Positions 16,919 through 25,190 of a stretch of DNA of 26,891 nucleotides are shown piece after piece. Origin of the DNA: Candidatus Rokuibacteriota bacterium (GTDB lineage Bacteria; Methylomirabilota; Methylomirabilia; Rokubacteriales; DASRDR01); assembly GCA_044866005.1 (NCBI GenBank), contig JBIOTN010000201.1, positions 1 through 26,891 on the forward strand. Direction: 5' to 3'. Every line of letters starts with the position of its first letter. Positions within the stretch are counted from its first letter, which is position 1. A program made the position numbers and the translations under genes. The notes below the pieces were generated by a model. That model did not search any database. It saw nothing but the letters and a program-made list of their open reading frames with translations, and was not told where the DNA came from.

Positions 16919-17827
16919 ATGGCTCAGGGTATCGTCTTCATCGACGATCAGTACGTCAAGGCGGACGACGCGAAGATCTCGATCTTCGACGCCGGGTTCA
17001 CGCGCGGCGACGCGGTCTACGACACGACCTCCGTGTGGAAGGGCCTCTTCTTCCGGCTCGACGACCACGTCGCGCGCTTCCTCCGCTCGTGCGCGGGCAT
17101 GCGGCTCCGCTGTCCGCATCCGCCCGACCGGCTCAAGCGGATCCTCGCCGAGTGCGTGGCCCGGGCCGGGTTCGAGGACGCCTACGTCCAGATGATCGTG
17201 ACGCGCGGGACGTTCCCCGACATCCACGAGCGCGACCCGCGGCTCTGCCAGAACCGTTTCATCGCGTTCGCGCTCCCCTACATCTGGATCATCAGCCCCG
17301 CCAGGCAGGAGGTGGGGGCCCACCTGGTCGTGAGCGACACGCGTCGGACCCCGGCCGAGGCGATCGACCCGCGCGTCAAGAACTTCAACTGGATGGACCT
17401 CCAGCGGGGCCTCTTCGAGGCGTTCGACCACGGCGGCGACACGGCCGTCCTCTGCACGCCGGCCGGCCACCTCGCCGAAGGGCCGGGGTTCAACGTGTTC
17501 GTCGTCCGGGACGGCGCCCTCTACACGCCGCGGTCGAACGTCCTGGAGGGGATCACCCGGCGGACCGTCTTCGACCTCGCCGCCGAGCTCGGCGTCCCCG
17601 CGCAGGAAGCCGACCTCGCCCCGGCGGCCCTCCGCAGCGCCGACGAGGCGTTCCTCTCCTCGACCGCGGGCGGGATCATGCCGGTGAGCCGCGTGGACGG
17701 CACGCCGCTCGGCGACGGGACGCCGGGCCCGCTCAGCCGACGGTTCCGGGCGCTCTACTGGGAAAAGCGCGCGGCCGGCTGGCTCGGGACGCCGGTGACA
17801 GCGCTGCTCGGGACCGCCGGCGGCTGA
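16919..17827 (+). CDS. PLP fold-type IV aminotransferase, (R)-selective amine transaminase-like
   Basis: GFTRGDAVYDTTSVWKGLFFRLDDH, YVQMIVTRG, PYIWI, IDPRVKNFNWMDL (catalytic Lys), EGPGFN, LEGITRRT, STAGGIMPV; GGGAGG SD. Confidence 0.88.
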   Translation: MAQGIVFIDDQYVKADDAKISIFDAGFTRGDAVYDTTSVWKGLFFRLDDHVARFLRSCAGMRLRCPHPPDRLKRILAECVARAGFEDAYVQMIVTRGTFPDIHERDPRLCQNRFIAFALPYIWIISPARQEVGAHLVVSDTRRTPAEAIDPRVKNFNWMDLQRGLFEAFDHGGDTAVLCTPAGHLAEGPGFNVFVVRDGALYTPRSNVLEGITRRTVFDLAAELGVPAQEADLAPAALRSADEAFLSSTAGGIMPVSRVDGTPLGDGTPGPLSRRFRALYWEKRAAGWLGTPVTALLGTAGG

Positions 17828-17922
17828 CCGCCGTCGCGCCACGTCCGCCGCGCGCGCGTAGACCACGAGCGCTGCGATCTGCGTGGCGCGCTCGAGCGCG
17901 TGCTCGAGGCGCGCACGCCGGC

Positions 17923-17968
17923 TGATCCGCTGTCATCCGAGATATCCACTTATCCACCGTCATCCACC
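17923..17968 (+). repeat. Tandem ATCC(A/G) repeats including DnaA-box-like 9-mers
   Basis: TGATCCGCT, TCATCCGAG, ATATCCACT (17942), TTATCCACC (17950), TCATCCACC (17960), all in the same orientation with 8-10 nt spacing. Confidence 0.45.
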
Positions 17969-18221
17969 GATGCGCCATCGCCGCGTCTGAGGCGCTCGCG
18001 AGCGGCGCGAGCGCCGCCGTGCCGCCACAGATCGAAATCCGTGGAGGGCGCACGCTCCGGCGGCAGATGAATCCACGCTCTCGTCGCTCTCAGCGTCGCG
18101 CAGGCGCATCGCGACTGGCGAAACAAATCCTTGACACCAGCGGCGACACCGAAGATTTATAGAGGGCGTTGAAGGAAGGGTCTCTTCTCTTCTTCATCTG
18201 ATTCCAGTCGGAGGGGCCTTC

Positions 18222-18464
18222 ATGGATGTTCCGCGAAAACCCCTGGCCAAGTCCGAAGGGCGGAAGAAGCTCAAGACGAGCGGTCTCGTGATTCAGTGGC
18301 GCGGGACTCCGAACCTCGACGACTGGGTGGCCTTCATCGTCAACGGCACCCGATCCAGGCGCCTCATCCTTGCCGATCACACCTCCGAGCGGCGGGTGAA
18401 GGCGCTCCTGAGTCGGATCGAGGGCCTGCCCAAGCGCGACATCGAGCGCCTGGCGAAAGGCTGA
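18222..18464 (+). CDS. Small basic hypothetical protein (80 aa)
   Basis: GGAGGG SD, protein-like composition and GC3 codon bias; TTGACA at 18131 upstream. Confidence 0.75.
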   Translation: MDVPRKPLAKSEGRKKLKTSGLVIQWRGTPNLDDWVAFIVNGTRSRRLILADHTSERRVKALLSRIEGLPKRDIERLAKG

Positions 18465-18522
18465 GGCGCCGCCTCGTCGCCGCCCGGCCGTCCGGACGCC
18501 GGGCGACCGACTGGAAGTGTCC

Positions 18523-18960
18523 TTACCGCTGGGGCGGGGCCTCGGGCTCCGGCGGCCTCGCCTTGGGGACCGGCAGGGGCCAGAGAATCGTCAGGCCGAA
18601 GGCGACGCCCCCGCTGGCCTGGGGGATGTCGAACGGCACCGCAGGCGCGGTCCAGCCGCTGAGGCCCACCCGGACGGCCGAACTCGGGGACGTCGGCACG
18701 GTCGCGACGAACGGCGTGATGAACGCGGGTTCGTGGCGGCTGCGGACCAGCCCGGGATAGAACTCCTGCTCGCGCGCGCCCTGCTGGTCCGCCGGCTGCG
18801 TCGGCTCGATCCCGAGCTCGGGCGCGGGACGCGGCGGGGGCGCCGTCACCCCGAATCCGGTGGTCGCCTCCTGGGCGACGGCCGGACCCTCCAGCCCGCT
18901 CAGGAGTCCCAGAACGGCCAGGGCGACGACGGTTCCTCGGGCGGCCATCACGTGCGTCAT
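18523..18960 (-). CDS. Secreted Pro-rich hypothetical protein
   Basis: GGAGGTG SD before ATG 18960; signal-peptide-like N-terminus (...PAVA|QE); amphipathic beta-strand-like VRVGLSGW and GVAFGLTILW. Confidence 0.7.
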   Translation of the reverse strand: MTHVMAARGTVVALAVLGLLSGLEGPAVAQEATTGFGVTAPPPRPAPELGIEPTQPADQQGAREQEFYPGLVRSRHEPAFITPFVATVPTSPSSAVRVGLSGWTAPAVPFDIPQASGGVAFGLTILWPLPVPKARPPEPEAPPQR

Positions 18961-19118
18961 GGCGACACCTCCCGCGTCAGGGTCTTCGCCCTTTGGACGC
19001 AAGAGGCGTGCCGACCGATCCGGGCCGGCGCGGCGCGCCGCGGCTCTCATCTGAGACCCGGCTGTCCGGGGCCGGACGCGACGCCGGTCGGGACCGCGAG
19101 TCGTCGGTGACTCGCGGG

Positions 19119-20012
19119 TCAGGCGTCAGCGGCGGTCAGGAGCTGGATGACGGAGGAAAAGTCTTTCCGCCCGAGACCATGGCGGCTCGCGAGCGTGTAG
19201 AGCTCGTGAGCGAGCGTCCCGGTGAAGCAGGTCGCCCCGACGTCCCGGGCGGCCGCGCGGGCGAGCGAGAGGTCCTTCGCCATGAGGTCGGTCATGAAGC
19301 CCGCGGCGAAGGCGTGGTTCGACGCGGCCTTCGGTACGAGACCCGGCACGGGGCAGTTGTGCTCGAGCCCCCAGCAGTGTCCGGAGCTCTTGCTGATCAC
19401 CTGATGGAGGACCTTCGGGTCGACCCCCGCCCGCATCCCGATCGTGAAGGCCTCGGCGACGGCGATCATCGAGACGCCAGCGATGAGGTTGTTGCAGATC
19501 TTCGCCACCTCTCCCGCGCCGAGCGGACCGACGTGGATGACGTTCGACCCCATCGCCCCCAGGATCGGCCGAACCGACTCCGCGAGGGCCGCATCCCCGC
19601 CGACCATGATCGTGAGCGTGCCGTCGACGGCGCGGGGGACCGCTCCCGAGACGGGCGCGTCGAGCATCCGGACACCGGCCGCGGCCAGGCGCTCCCCGAC
19701 CCGCCGCGTCGTGGCCGGATCGATCGTGCTCATGTCGATGCAGACGAGCCCCGGCCGGGCGCCCTCGAGAATCCCTTTGGGACCCAGGTACGCGGCCTCG
19801 ACCTCGGGGGAGTTCGGGAGCATCGTGATGGCCAGGCCGACGCGACCCGCCGTCTCCGCCGCCGAGGTGCCGCCCGTGGCCCCGCGCTGGACCGCCGCCT
19901 GCACGGCCTCCGGCCGAACGTCGTAGGCCTCCACCTGGTAGCCCGCCTTGACCAGATTCGCGAGCATGGGCAGACCCATGTTCCCGACCCCGATGAACCC
20001 GATGGACGTCAT
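19119..20012 (-). CDS. mmsB: 3-hydroxyisobutyrate dehydrogenase
   Basis: IGFIGVGNMGLPM Rossmann motif, DMSTIDP, DAPVSG, LTIMVGG, AKICNNL, CPVPG, GFMTDLMAKDL, KDFSSV. Confidence 0.9.
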   Translation of the reverse strand: MTSIGFIGVGNMGLPMLANLVKAGYQVEAYDVRPEAVQAAVQRGATGGTSAAETAGRVGLAITMLPNSPEVEAAYLGPKGILEGARPGLVCIDMSTIDPATTRRVGERLAAAGVRMLDAPVSGAVPRAVDGTLTIMVGGDAALAESVRPILGAMGSNVIHVGPLGAGEVAKICNNLIAGVSMIAVAEAFTIGMRAGVDPKVLHQVISKSSGHCWGLEHNCPVPGLVPKAASNHAFAAGFMTDLMAKDLSLARAAARDVGATCFTGTLAHELYTLASRHGLGRKDFSSVIQLLTAADA

Positions 20013-20141
20013 GCGTGGGGCCCCCGGCGCCGGAGAGTCGGGCGCCTGACCGGAGTGAGCGCGCGGGCCGTCCCGTGCGACAGCCGACGGACAGTCTACA
20101 CTGGCGGCCCGGACCGGCCAAGCGGCGAGCCTGCGAGCCCG

Positions 20142-20150
20142 TGCTACAAT
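20142..20150 (+). promoter_or_regulatory. Extended -10 promoter, probably driving a (near-)leaderless transcript
   Basis: TGCTACAAT, 8 nt before the GTG at 20159; no SD. Confidence 0.55.
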
Positions 20151-20158
20151 CCCGCGCT

Positions 20159-20347
20159 GTGACGCCCGCCCTGGATTGGCTCCTCCTCATGGTCGGGACG
20201 GGGCTCGGGATCGTGGCAGTGACCGCAGACCTGATCGGGCTGGGCAGCTTTCCCGGATTCGGCTGGAAGCAGGCCGCCACCGCGGCCGTCGCGCTGATCC
20301 TGGTCGGGTGGGGCGCCGTGCGGATCATCCGGCACGACCGCAAGTGA
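20159..20347 (+). CDS. Small two-TM membrane protein
   Basis: 62 aa: two hydrophobic segments flanking ADLIGLGSFPGFGWKQ, with a basic tail; stop overlaps the next start (GTGA). Confidence 0.7.
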   Translation: MTPALDWLLLMVGTGLGIVAVTADLIGLGSFPGFGWKQAATAAVALILVGWGAVRIIRHDRK

Positions 20348-20700
20348 CGAGCGACGGTCGCCGGACGAGTCAGGCACGCGTCCTCGAGCGGCTGCGGCTC
20401 GCGGCGCGCCGGGGCGATCGGACCGCGCTGGCCCTCGCTCTGGACGAGATGCGGACGCTCGCGTTCACCCCACGTTACTGGCTCAAGTACCTGGCGCTGC
20501 TCCGGCACCCCCTCGCCCGGCTCGTCGACCTGCTCGTGATCAAGCAAGGGGACAAGATCGCGCGCCAGAAGGGGTGGACGGATCCCGGACACAAGCCGCG
20601 CGCGCCGGCCCGGCGGCGGACCCCGAAGCCACGGCCGGCGGCGCCGCGGCGCCGCCGAGCCGCCGCCGACCAGCCCTCTCTGTTTCCCGACTTGGGCTGA
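20344..20700 (+). CDS. Basic helical hypothetical protein with C-terminal QPSLF motif
   Basis: GTGA-coupled start; ordered core (RVLERLRLAARRGD...PRYWLKYLALLRHPLARLVDLLVIKQG), Arg/Pro linker, ends DQPSLFPDLG. Confidence 0.7.
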   Translation: MTSDGRRTSQARVLERLRLAARRGDRTALALALDEMRTLAFTPRYWLKYLALLRHPLARLVDLLVIKQGDKIARQKGWTDPGHKPRAPARRRTPKPRPAAPRRRRAAADQPSLFPDLG

Positions 20701-20772
20701 CCCGAAGGCGATACGCGGCCTCTCGTCAGGGGCGGGAGCCAGTCAGCGCGGCGGCTTCGCCGCCGGAACCGC

Positions 20773-20812
20773 GGGGGAAGTTTCGCCGGGGGCCTCGGCG
20801 GCCCCCTCCGGA
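20773..20812. repeat. REP-like GC palindrome, copy 2, between convergent genes
   Basis: GGGGGAAGTTTCGCCGGGGGCC-TCGGC-GGCCCCCTCCGGA; same core as 6126-6164. Confidence 0.6.
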
Positions 20813-20818
20813 GGTTTC

Positions 20819-21991
20819 TCAGGGAAGGACGATCTTCCCCAGTACCCGTGCCCCTCGGGCCCCGGTCGCCGCCGGCAGGTTGCCCGGCCGACCGAACAGG
20901 GTCTCGTTGGCCAGGATGGCAAAGGCGAGTGCCTCTTTGGCATCCGGGTCCACGCCGACCTCGGCCAGCGACCGGACGCGGACCGGCGCCAGCACCTCGC
21001 CGAGCGCCGCCATCAGGGTCCGGTTCCGCGCGCCGCCCCCCGAGACCAGGAGCTCGTGGACTCGCTCGGGCACGTAGCGGCGGAGGCCGTCGGCGACGCC
21101 CTCGGCCACGAAGCGCGTCAGGCTCGCCAGAAGGTCCGCCTCGCGGCCGGCGAACCGGTCGAGGAGCGGGCGGACGAACGGCGCGCCGAAGGCCTCGCGG
21201 CCGGTCGACTTGGGCGGCGCCGCGGCGAAGAACGGATGCGTGAGGAGCTCCTCGACGAGCCCGGGATCCACCCGTCCCGCCGCCGCCCGGGCCCCCTCGG
21301 CGTCGAAGGCCTCGGCGCCGCGGGTCCAGGCGGCCACGACCGCGTCCAGGGGCATGTTGGCCGGGCCCACGTCGAAGGCGCGGACGTCGTCCAGCCGGTC
21401 GGTCACCACCGTGAGGTTCGCGATCCCCCCGAGGTTCAGGCAGACGCGAACCCGGCCCGGCGCCCGGAACAGCAGCCAGTCCACGAGCGGCACCAGCGGA
21501 GCCCCCTCGCCGCCGGCCGCGACGTCGCGCGGCCGGAAGTCGGCGACGACGGGGAGCCCGGTCCGCTCCGCGATGACGGCCGGCTCACCGAGCTGAAGCG
21601 TCGCGCCGCGGCCGTCGGGGGAGGAGCCCCGCGGGTGGTGGCGCGCGGTCTGGCCGTGCGAGCCCACCAGGTGGGCGGGCCGGCCCGACGGTCCGGCGGC
21701 CTCGATCACGGCGAGCGCGGCCCGGGCGAGGGCCTCGCCGAGCTCGACATGGACGCGGAGCAACTCGGCCGCGGTCGCCTCCCCGAGCGCGAGCAGTCGA
21801 GCGCGGAACGCCGGCTCGTAGGGCTGGGTGAGGAAGGCGAGGAGGCGGACGCGGGTCTGCTCCCCCGCCCCGGCGACCTCGACGAGCGCCGCGTCCACGC
21901 CGTCCGCGCTCGTGCCCGACATCAGGCCGACGATCCGCCGCGGCGTCACCTCGCGGAGCCGCAGGAGCGCCGCGAGAGGGTCAGCGCCCAC
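20819..21991 (-). CDS. anmK: Anhydro-N-acetylmuramic acid kinase
   Basis: GLMSGTSADGVD, GSHGQT, TLQLG, DFRPRDVAAGGEGAPLVP, NLGGIAN, PPKSTGRE, SGGGARN, KEALAFA, ATGA. Confidence 0.95.
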   Translation of the reverse strand: MGADPLAALLRLREVTPRRIVGLMSGTSADGVDAALVEVAGAGEQTRVRLLAFLTQPYEPAFRARLLALGEATAAELLRVHVELGEALARAALAVIEAAGPSGRPAHLVGSHGQTARHHPRGSSPDGRGATLQLGEPAVIAERTGLPVVADFRPRDVAAGGEGAPLVPLVDWLLFRAPGRVRVCLNLGGIANLTVVTDRLDDVRAFDVGPANMPLDAVVAAWTRGAEAFDAEGARAAAGRVDPGLVEELLTHPFFAAAPPKSTGREAFGAPFVRPLLDRFAGREADLLASLTRFVAEGVADGLRRYVPERVHELLVSGGGARNRTLMAALGEVLAPVRVRSLAEVGVDPDAKEALAFAILANETLFGRPGNLPAATGARGARVLGKIVLP

Positions 21992-22949
21992 GGCCGAGGT
22001 CTCGGAGGGCCGCCCCGAGGTCGTCGCCGTGGGAGGCGAGGAGCCGCCGGGCCGCGCTCCGCGTCCCCCGCTGCCGGTGCAGGATGACCGCGAGCTTCGG
22101 CCGGCCGCCGGCCCGCCGGAGGAGCCGGGCCGCGGCGGCCGGGCCGAGGCCGGTCAGCGCGGCGACGATCCCGCGGGCGCGGGCGCGCAGCTTCGCGCTC
22201 GTCGGCCGCACGTCGACCATCAGGTTCCCGTAGACCTTCCCGAGCCGGACCATGGCGCCCGTCGTGAGCGTGTGCAGGACCATCTTCGTGGCCAGCCCGG
22301 CCTTCATGCGGGTCGAGCCGGCGAGCACCTCCGGTCCCACCCGCGGGGCGATCAGGACGTCGGCGAGCCCGGCGTGACGGGGCGACGGGGCGCAGGTGAC
22401 GAGGAGCGTCCTCGCCCCGCGGCGCCGAGCCGCGCGCAGCGCGCCCAGGGCGAAGGGCGTCACGCCGCTCGCGCAGATCGCGCACACGACGTCCCGGGCC
22501 CCCACTCGCAGCCCGGCGAGCGCGCGCGCGGCCTCGGCCGAGCGGTCCTCCGCACCCTCCACCGCGCGGCTCAACGCGCGGCGACCGCCGGCGACCACCG
22601 CGACCACGCGACCGGGCGACACGCCGAAGGTGGGCGGGCACTCCGCGGCGTCGAGGGCGCCGAGGCGCCCGCTCGTGCCGGCGCCGATGTAGATCAGCCG
22701 ACCGCCGGCGCGGAGCGCGGCCGCGACGGTCTCCACCGCGCGGGCGAGCGGCCGGCTCACCCCCGCGACGCTCGCGGCGGCCCGGCGGTCTTCCGCGGTG
22801 ATCGCCGCGACCAGGGCGAGCGCGGGGAGCCGGTCCAGCCCGCGCGTCCGCGGGTTCGGCTGCTCGGTCGGCAGCGCGGCGTAGTCGGGCCGGCCCCGCC
22901 GCGCCCGAGCCCGCGCGCGGACACGGGAAGACGGTGGGCGCGCTCTCAC
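21981..22949 (-). CDS. murQ: N-acetylmuramic acid 6-phosphate etherase
   Basis: TEQPNP, GAGTSGRLGALDAAECPPTFG, AVEGAED, ASGVTPF, GPEVLAGSTRMKAG, GKVYGNLMVDV. Confidence 0.95.
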   Translation of the reverse strand: MRARPPSSRVRARARARRGRPDYAALPTEQPNPRTRGLDRLPALALVAAITAEDRRAAASVAGVSRPLARAVETVAAALRAGGRLIYIGAGTSGRLGALDAAECPPTFGVSPGRVVAVVAGGRRALSRAVEGAEDRSAEAARALAGLRVGARDVVCAICASGVTPFALGALRAARRRGARTLLVTCAPSPRHAGLADVLIAPRVGPEVLAGSTRMKAGLATKMVLHTLTTGAMVRLGKVYGNLMVDVRPTSAKLRARARGIVAALTGLGPAAAARLLRRAGGRPKLAVILHRQRGTRSAARRLLASHGDDLGAALRDLGRGR

Positions 22950-22980
22950 GGCGAGGCCGCGGCGTTCCGCAGCACGGCTT

Positions 22981-23010
22981 CTTGTAGCGCCCCGACGCCC
23001 GGAGTGTCAA
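22981..23010 (-). promoter_or_regulatory. sigma70-type promoter for murQ-anmK
   Basis: TTGACA (23010-23005), 18-nt spacer, TACAAG (22986-22981). Confidence 0.5.
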
Positions 23011-23079
23011 GGAACCCCGCGCCCCACCGGGCCTGCCGGGGCACCCCGCCGTCGAGATTTCGGCCGGGGCGGCGCCGTT

Positions 23080-23088
23080 TGCTACAAT
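23080..23088 (+). promoter_or_regulatory. Extended -10 promoter for the HEAT/HD-GYP operon
   Basis: TGCTACAAT, identical to the element at 20142. Confidence 0.5.
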
Positions 23089-23140
23089 GGCGCCCTGCCG
23101 ACGCCCTGCGGTGCGCGGGCGCGAGCCGAGCGAGGTGCTG

Positions 23141-25135
23141 ATGGCGCAGGTCTCGCAGCAGGTGGTGGAGGGCTTTCTCAAGGAGCTTCTGGGCGCCAAG
23201 AAGGCGGCCAAGCTCTACCCGGCCACGAACCCCCTCGCGACCGAGTGGGTCCAGCGCCTCCACCGCTCGCTCGAAGCCGCCCTGAAAGACGGCCTGCCCT
23301 CGCCGCTTCGCATCGGCCCCGGACGCTTCGAGTGGGATGGCGGGCAGCTCGCCACGCGGGACGCCGCCCTCGAGGCCTTCCGCTTCGAGCTCGAGACGCG
23401 CCGCATCACCGAGATCGCGTTCGAGCCGGGCATCGAGCCCTCGGAGCTGAGAGAGCTCCTCGACTGCCTGAACCTGGCCTACCAGGACATCGAGGAGGCG
23501 GGGGGCCTGGCCGCGCTGCTCGAGCGCCGGAACGTGACGCACATCGTGCTGCGCGGTCCGCGGTGGGGCGAGGCCGGGGGCAGCGGCACGCCCGACGCCC
23601 CGGGAGCCTCGACCCCGAGCCTCGAGGTCGTCGAGGCGCTCGTCCGCGCGATCCTGGAATCCCTCGCCGCCCACTTCCGCGAGCTCACCTACGACCGGCG
23701 CCGGCTCTCGGGCTGGCTCATCGAGCTGGCTCAGCCCGGGGACCGCGCCGACGTGATCTACGCGGCGATCCAGACCCTCATCCCGCTGATCGACGCCGAG
23801 CCCGATCGGGAGATCCGCTACCGCACCCTGGCCGAGTCCATCGTGTCGTTGCCCGACCCCTTGCGCGCGACGGTCATGGCGGGGTGGATCATGCCGGGCG
23901 TACGCACCGACCTGAACCTCCTCAACCTGCTGACCCGCTTCTCGGGTGACGAGTTCGCCGAGCTGACCGGCCTCATCGCGCCCGGCATGCTCGAAGCCCT
24001 CCGCGCGGACATCGAGGCGCTTCCCACCGAGGAGTGGAAAAAGGCGCGCCTGATCGAAGGCCTCGAGGACGCGCTGGCCGAGAAGGAGGTCGCCGCGACG
24101 CCCATCGAGGCGCTGATCCGCGACGACGACCCGGGGCTACTGAGCCTGCGGGCAGCCGCGCTGGCGACCGCGACGCCGGCCCGCGTCCTGGAGCACAGCG
24201 TGAGCGTGCTCTTCCAGCTCTTCGCGGCGACCGAGTCCGACGCCTACCCGGTCTTCCTCGTGGACGCGCTGGAGGAGGGGATCACCGAGGCGCTGGGCCG
24301 CGACCAGCTCGCCCTCGCCCTCCGCGTCCTTCGCTCGCTCGCGGAGCCGGCCGACCTCCACCCGGAGTGGCTGACCGAGCATCAGCGTCGCGTCCAGATC
24401 CTCCAGCGACGGCTTGCGGCGCGCTCGCAGGTCGCGCTCCTGGGCGACCTGCTCCGCCGTCGCGAGGACGCCGACGACGTGGCGAGCGGCGCCGAGTATC
24501 TCCGCCGCCTCGGGCAGGAGGCGATCGCGGAGTTCGTGGGGATCCTCGTCGACGAACCCGAGGGCGCCGCGCGCGCCCGGATGCTCGACACGCTCGCCGC
24601 GCTCGGCCCGGCCGCGGCGCCGGCCATGCGCGAGTGGGTCGGCGACGGCCGCTGGCTCGTCGCGCGCAGCATGATCGGCCTGCTGGTCCGGATCGGCGAC
24701 CGGGCGGCGTTCGAGGTCGTGGAGAAGGCCGCCAAGCACGAGCACCCGCAGGTCCGGCGGGAAGTCGCCCGGGCGCTTCCCGTCCTCGGCGGCAAGCAGG
24801 CGATGAAGCCGCTCCTGGACTACCTCTCCGACCCCGACGGCGACGTGCGGCTGACCGCGACCAAGCTCCTGGGCACCCTGATCGACGCCGAGGCGGTCGG
24901 GCCGCTGCGCGCCTTCCTGCAGACCCCGACCCGGTCGGTGCAGGACCTCCTGGTCAAGCGCCAGATCATCACGGCCCTCGCCTCGATCGCCACGCCGGAG
25001 GCCCGCGCCGTCCTCGAGGGCATCGCCCATCGCCGCCTCTGGCCGTGGCAACGAAACGAGGTGAAGCTCCGGCAGCTCGCCGACGAGGCCGTCACGTCGA
25101 TGGGGCAGCCGGTGGCTGCGGCGCGCGACGCATGA
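23141..25135 (+). CDS. HEAT-repeat protein with an N-terminal LYPxxxP domain
   Basis: GAGGTG SD before ATG 23141; C-terminal HEAT/PBS-lyase-like repeats (DGRWLVARSM, HEHPQVRREVARAL, DPDGDVRLTATKLLG). Confidence 0.85.
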   Translation: MAQVSQQVVEGFLKELLGAKKAAKLYPATNPLATEWVQRLHRSLEAALKDGLPSPLRIGPGRFEWDGGQLATRDAALEAFRFELETRRITEIAFEPGIEPSELRELLDCLNLAYQDIEEAGGLAALLERRNVTHIVLRGPRWGEAGGSGTPDAPGASTPSLEVVEALVRAILESLAAHFRELTYDRRRLSGWLIELAQPGDRADVIYAAIQTLIPLIDAEPDREIRYRTLAESIVSLPDPLRATVMAGWIMPGVRTDLNLLNLLTRFSGDEFAELTGLIAPGMLEALRADIEALPTEEWKKARLIEGLEDALAEKEVAATPIEALIRDDDPGLLSLRAAALATATPARVLEHSVSVLFQLFAATESDAYPVFLVDALEEGITEALGRDQLALALRVLRSLAEPADLHPEWLTEHQRRVQILQRRLAARSQVALLGDLLRRREDADDVASGAEYLRRLGQEAIAEFVGILVDEPEGAARARMLDTLAALGPAAAPAMREWVGDGRWLVARSMIGLLVRIGDRAAFEVVEKAAKHEHPQVRREVARALPVLGGKQAMKPLLDYLSDPDGDVRLTATKLLGTLIDAEAVGPLRAFLQTPTRSVQDLLVKRQIITALASIATPEARAVLEGIAHRRLWPWQRNEVKLRQLADEAVTSMGQPVAAARDA

Positions 25136-25190
25136 GCGGCCCCGGCCGTGGTGCCGGTCCGGATGGTCTCGCCGTGAGGAGCCCGGGCCC

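Noticed and set aside
17828..18221. Chromosomal origin oriC
   Set aside because: No perfect DnaA box, no clear DUE and no typical flanking genes; kept only as a weaker repeat finding.
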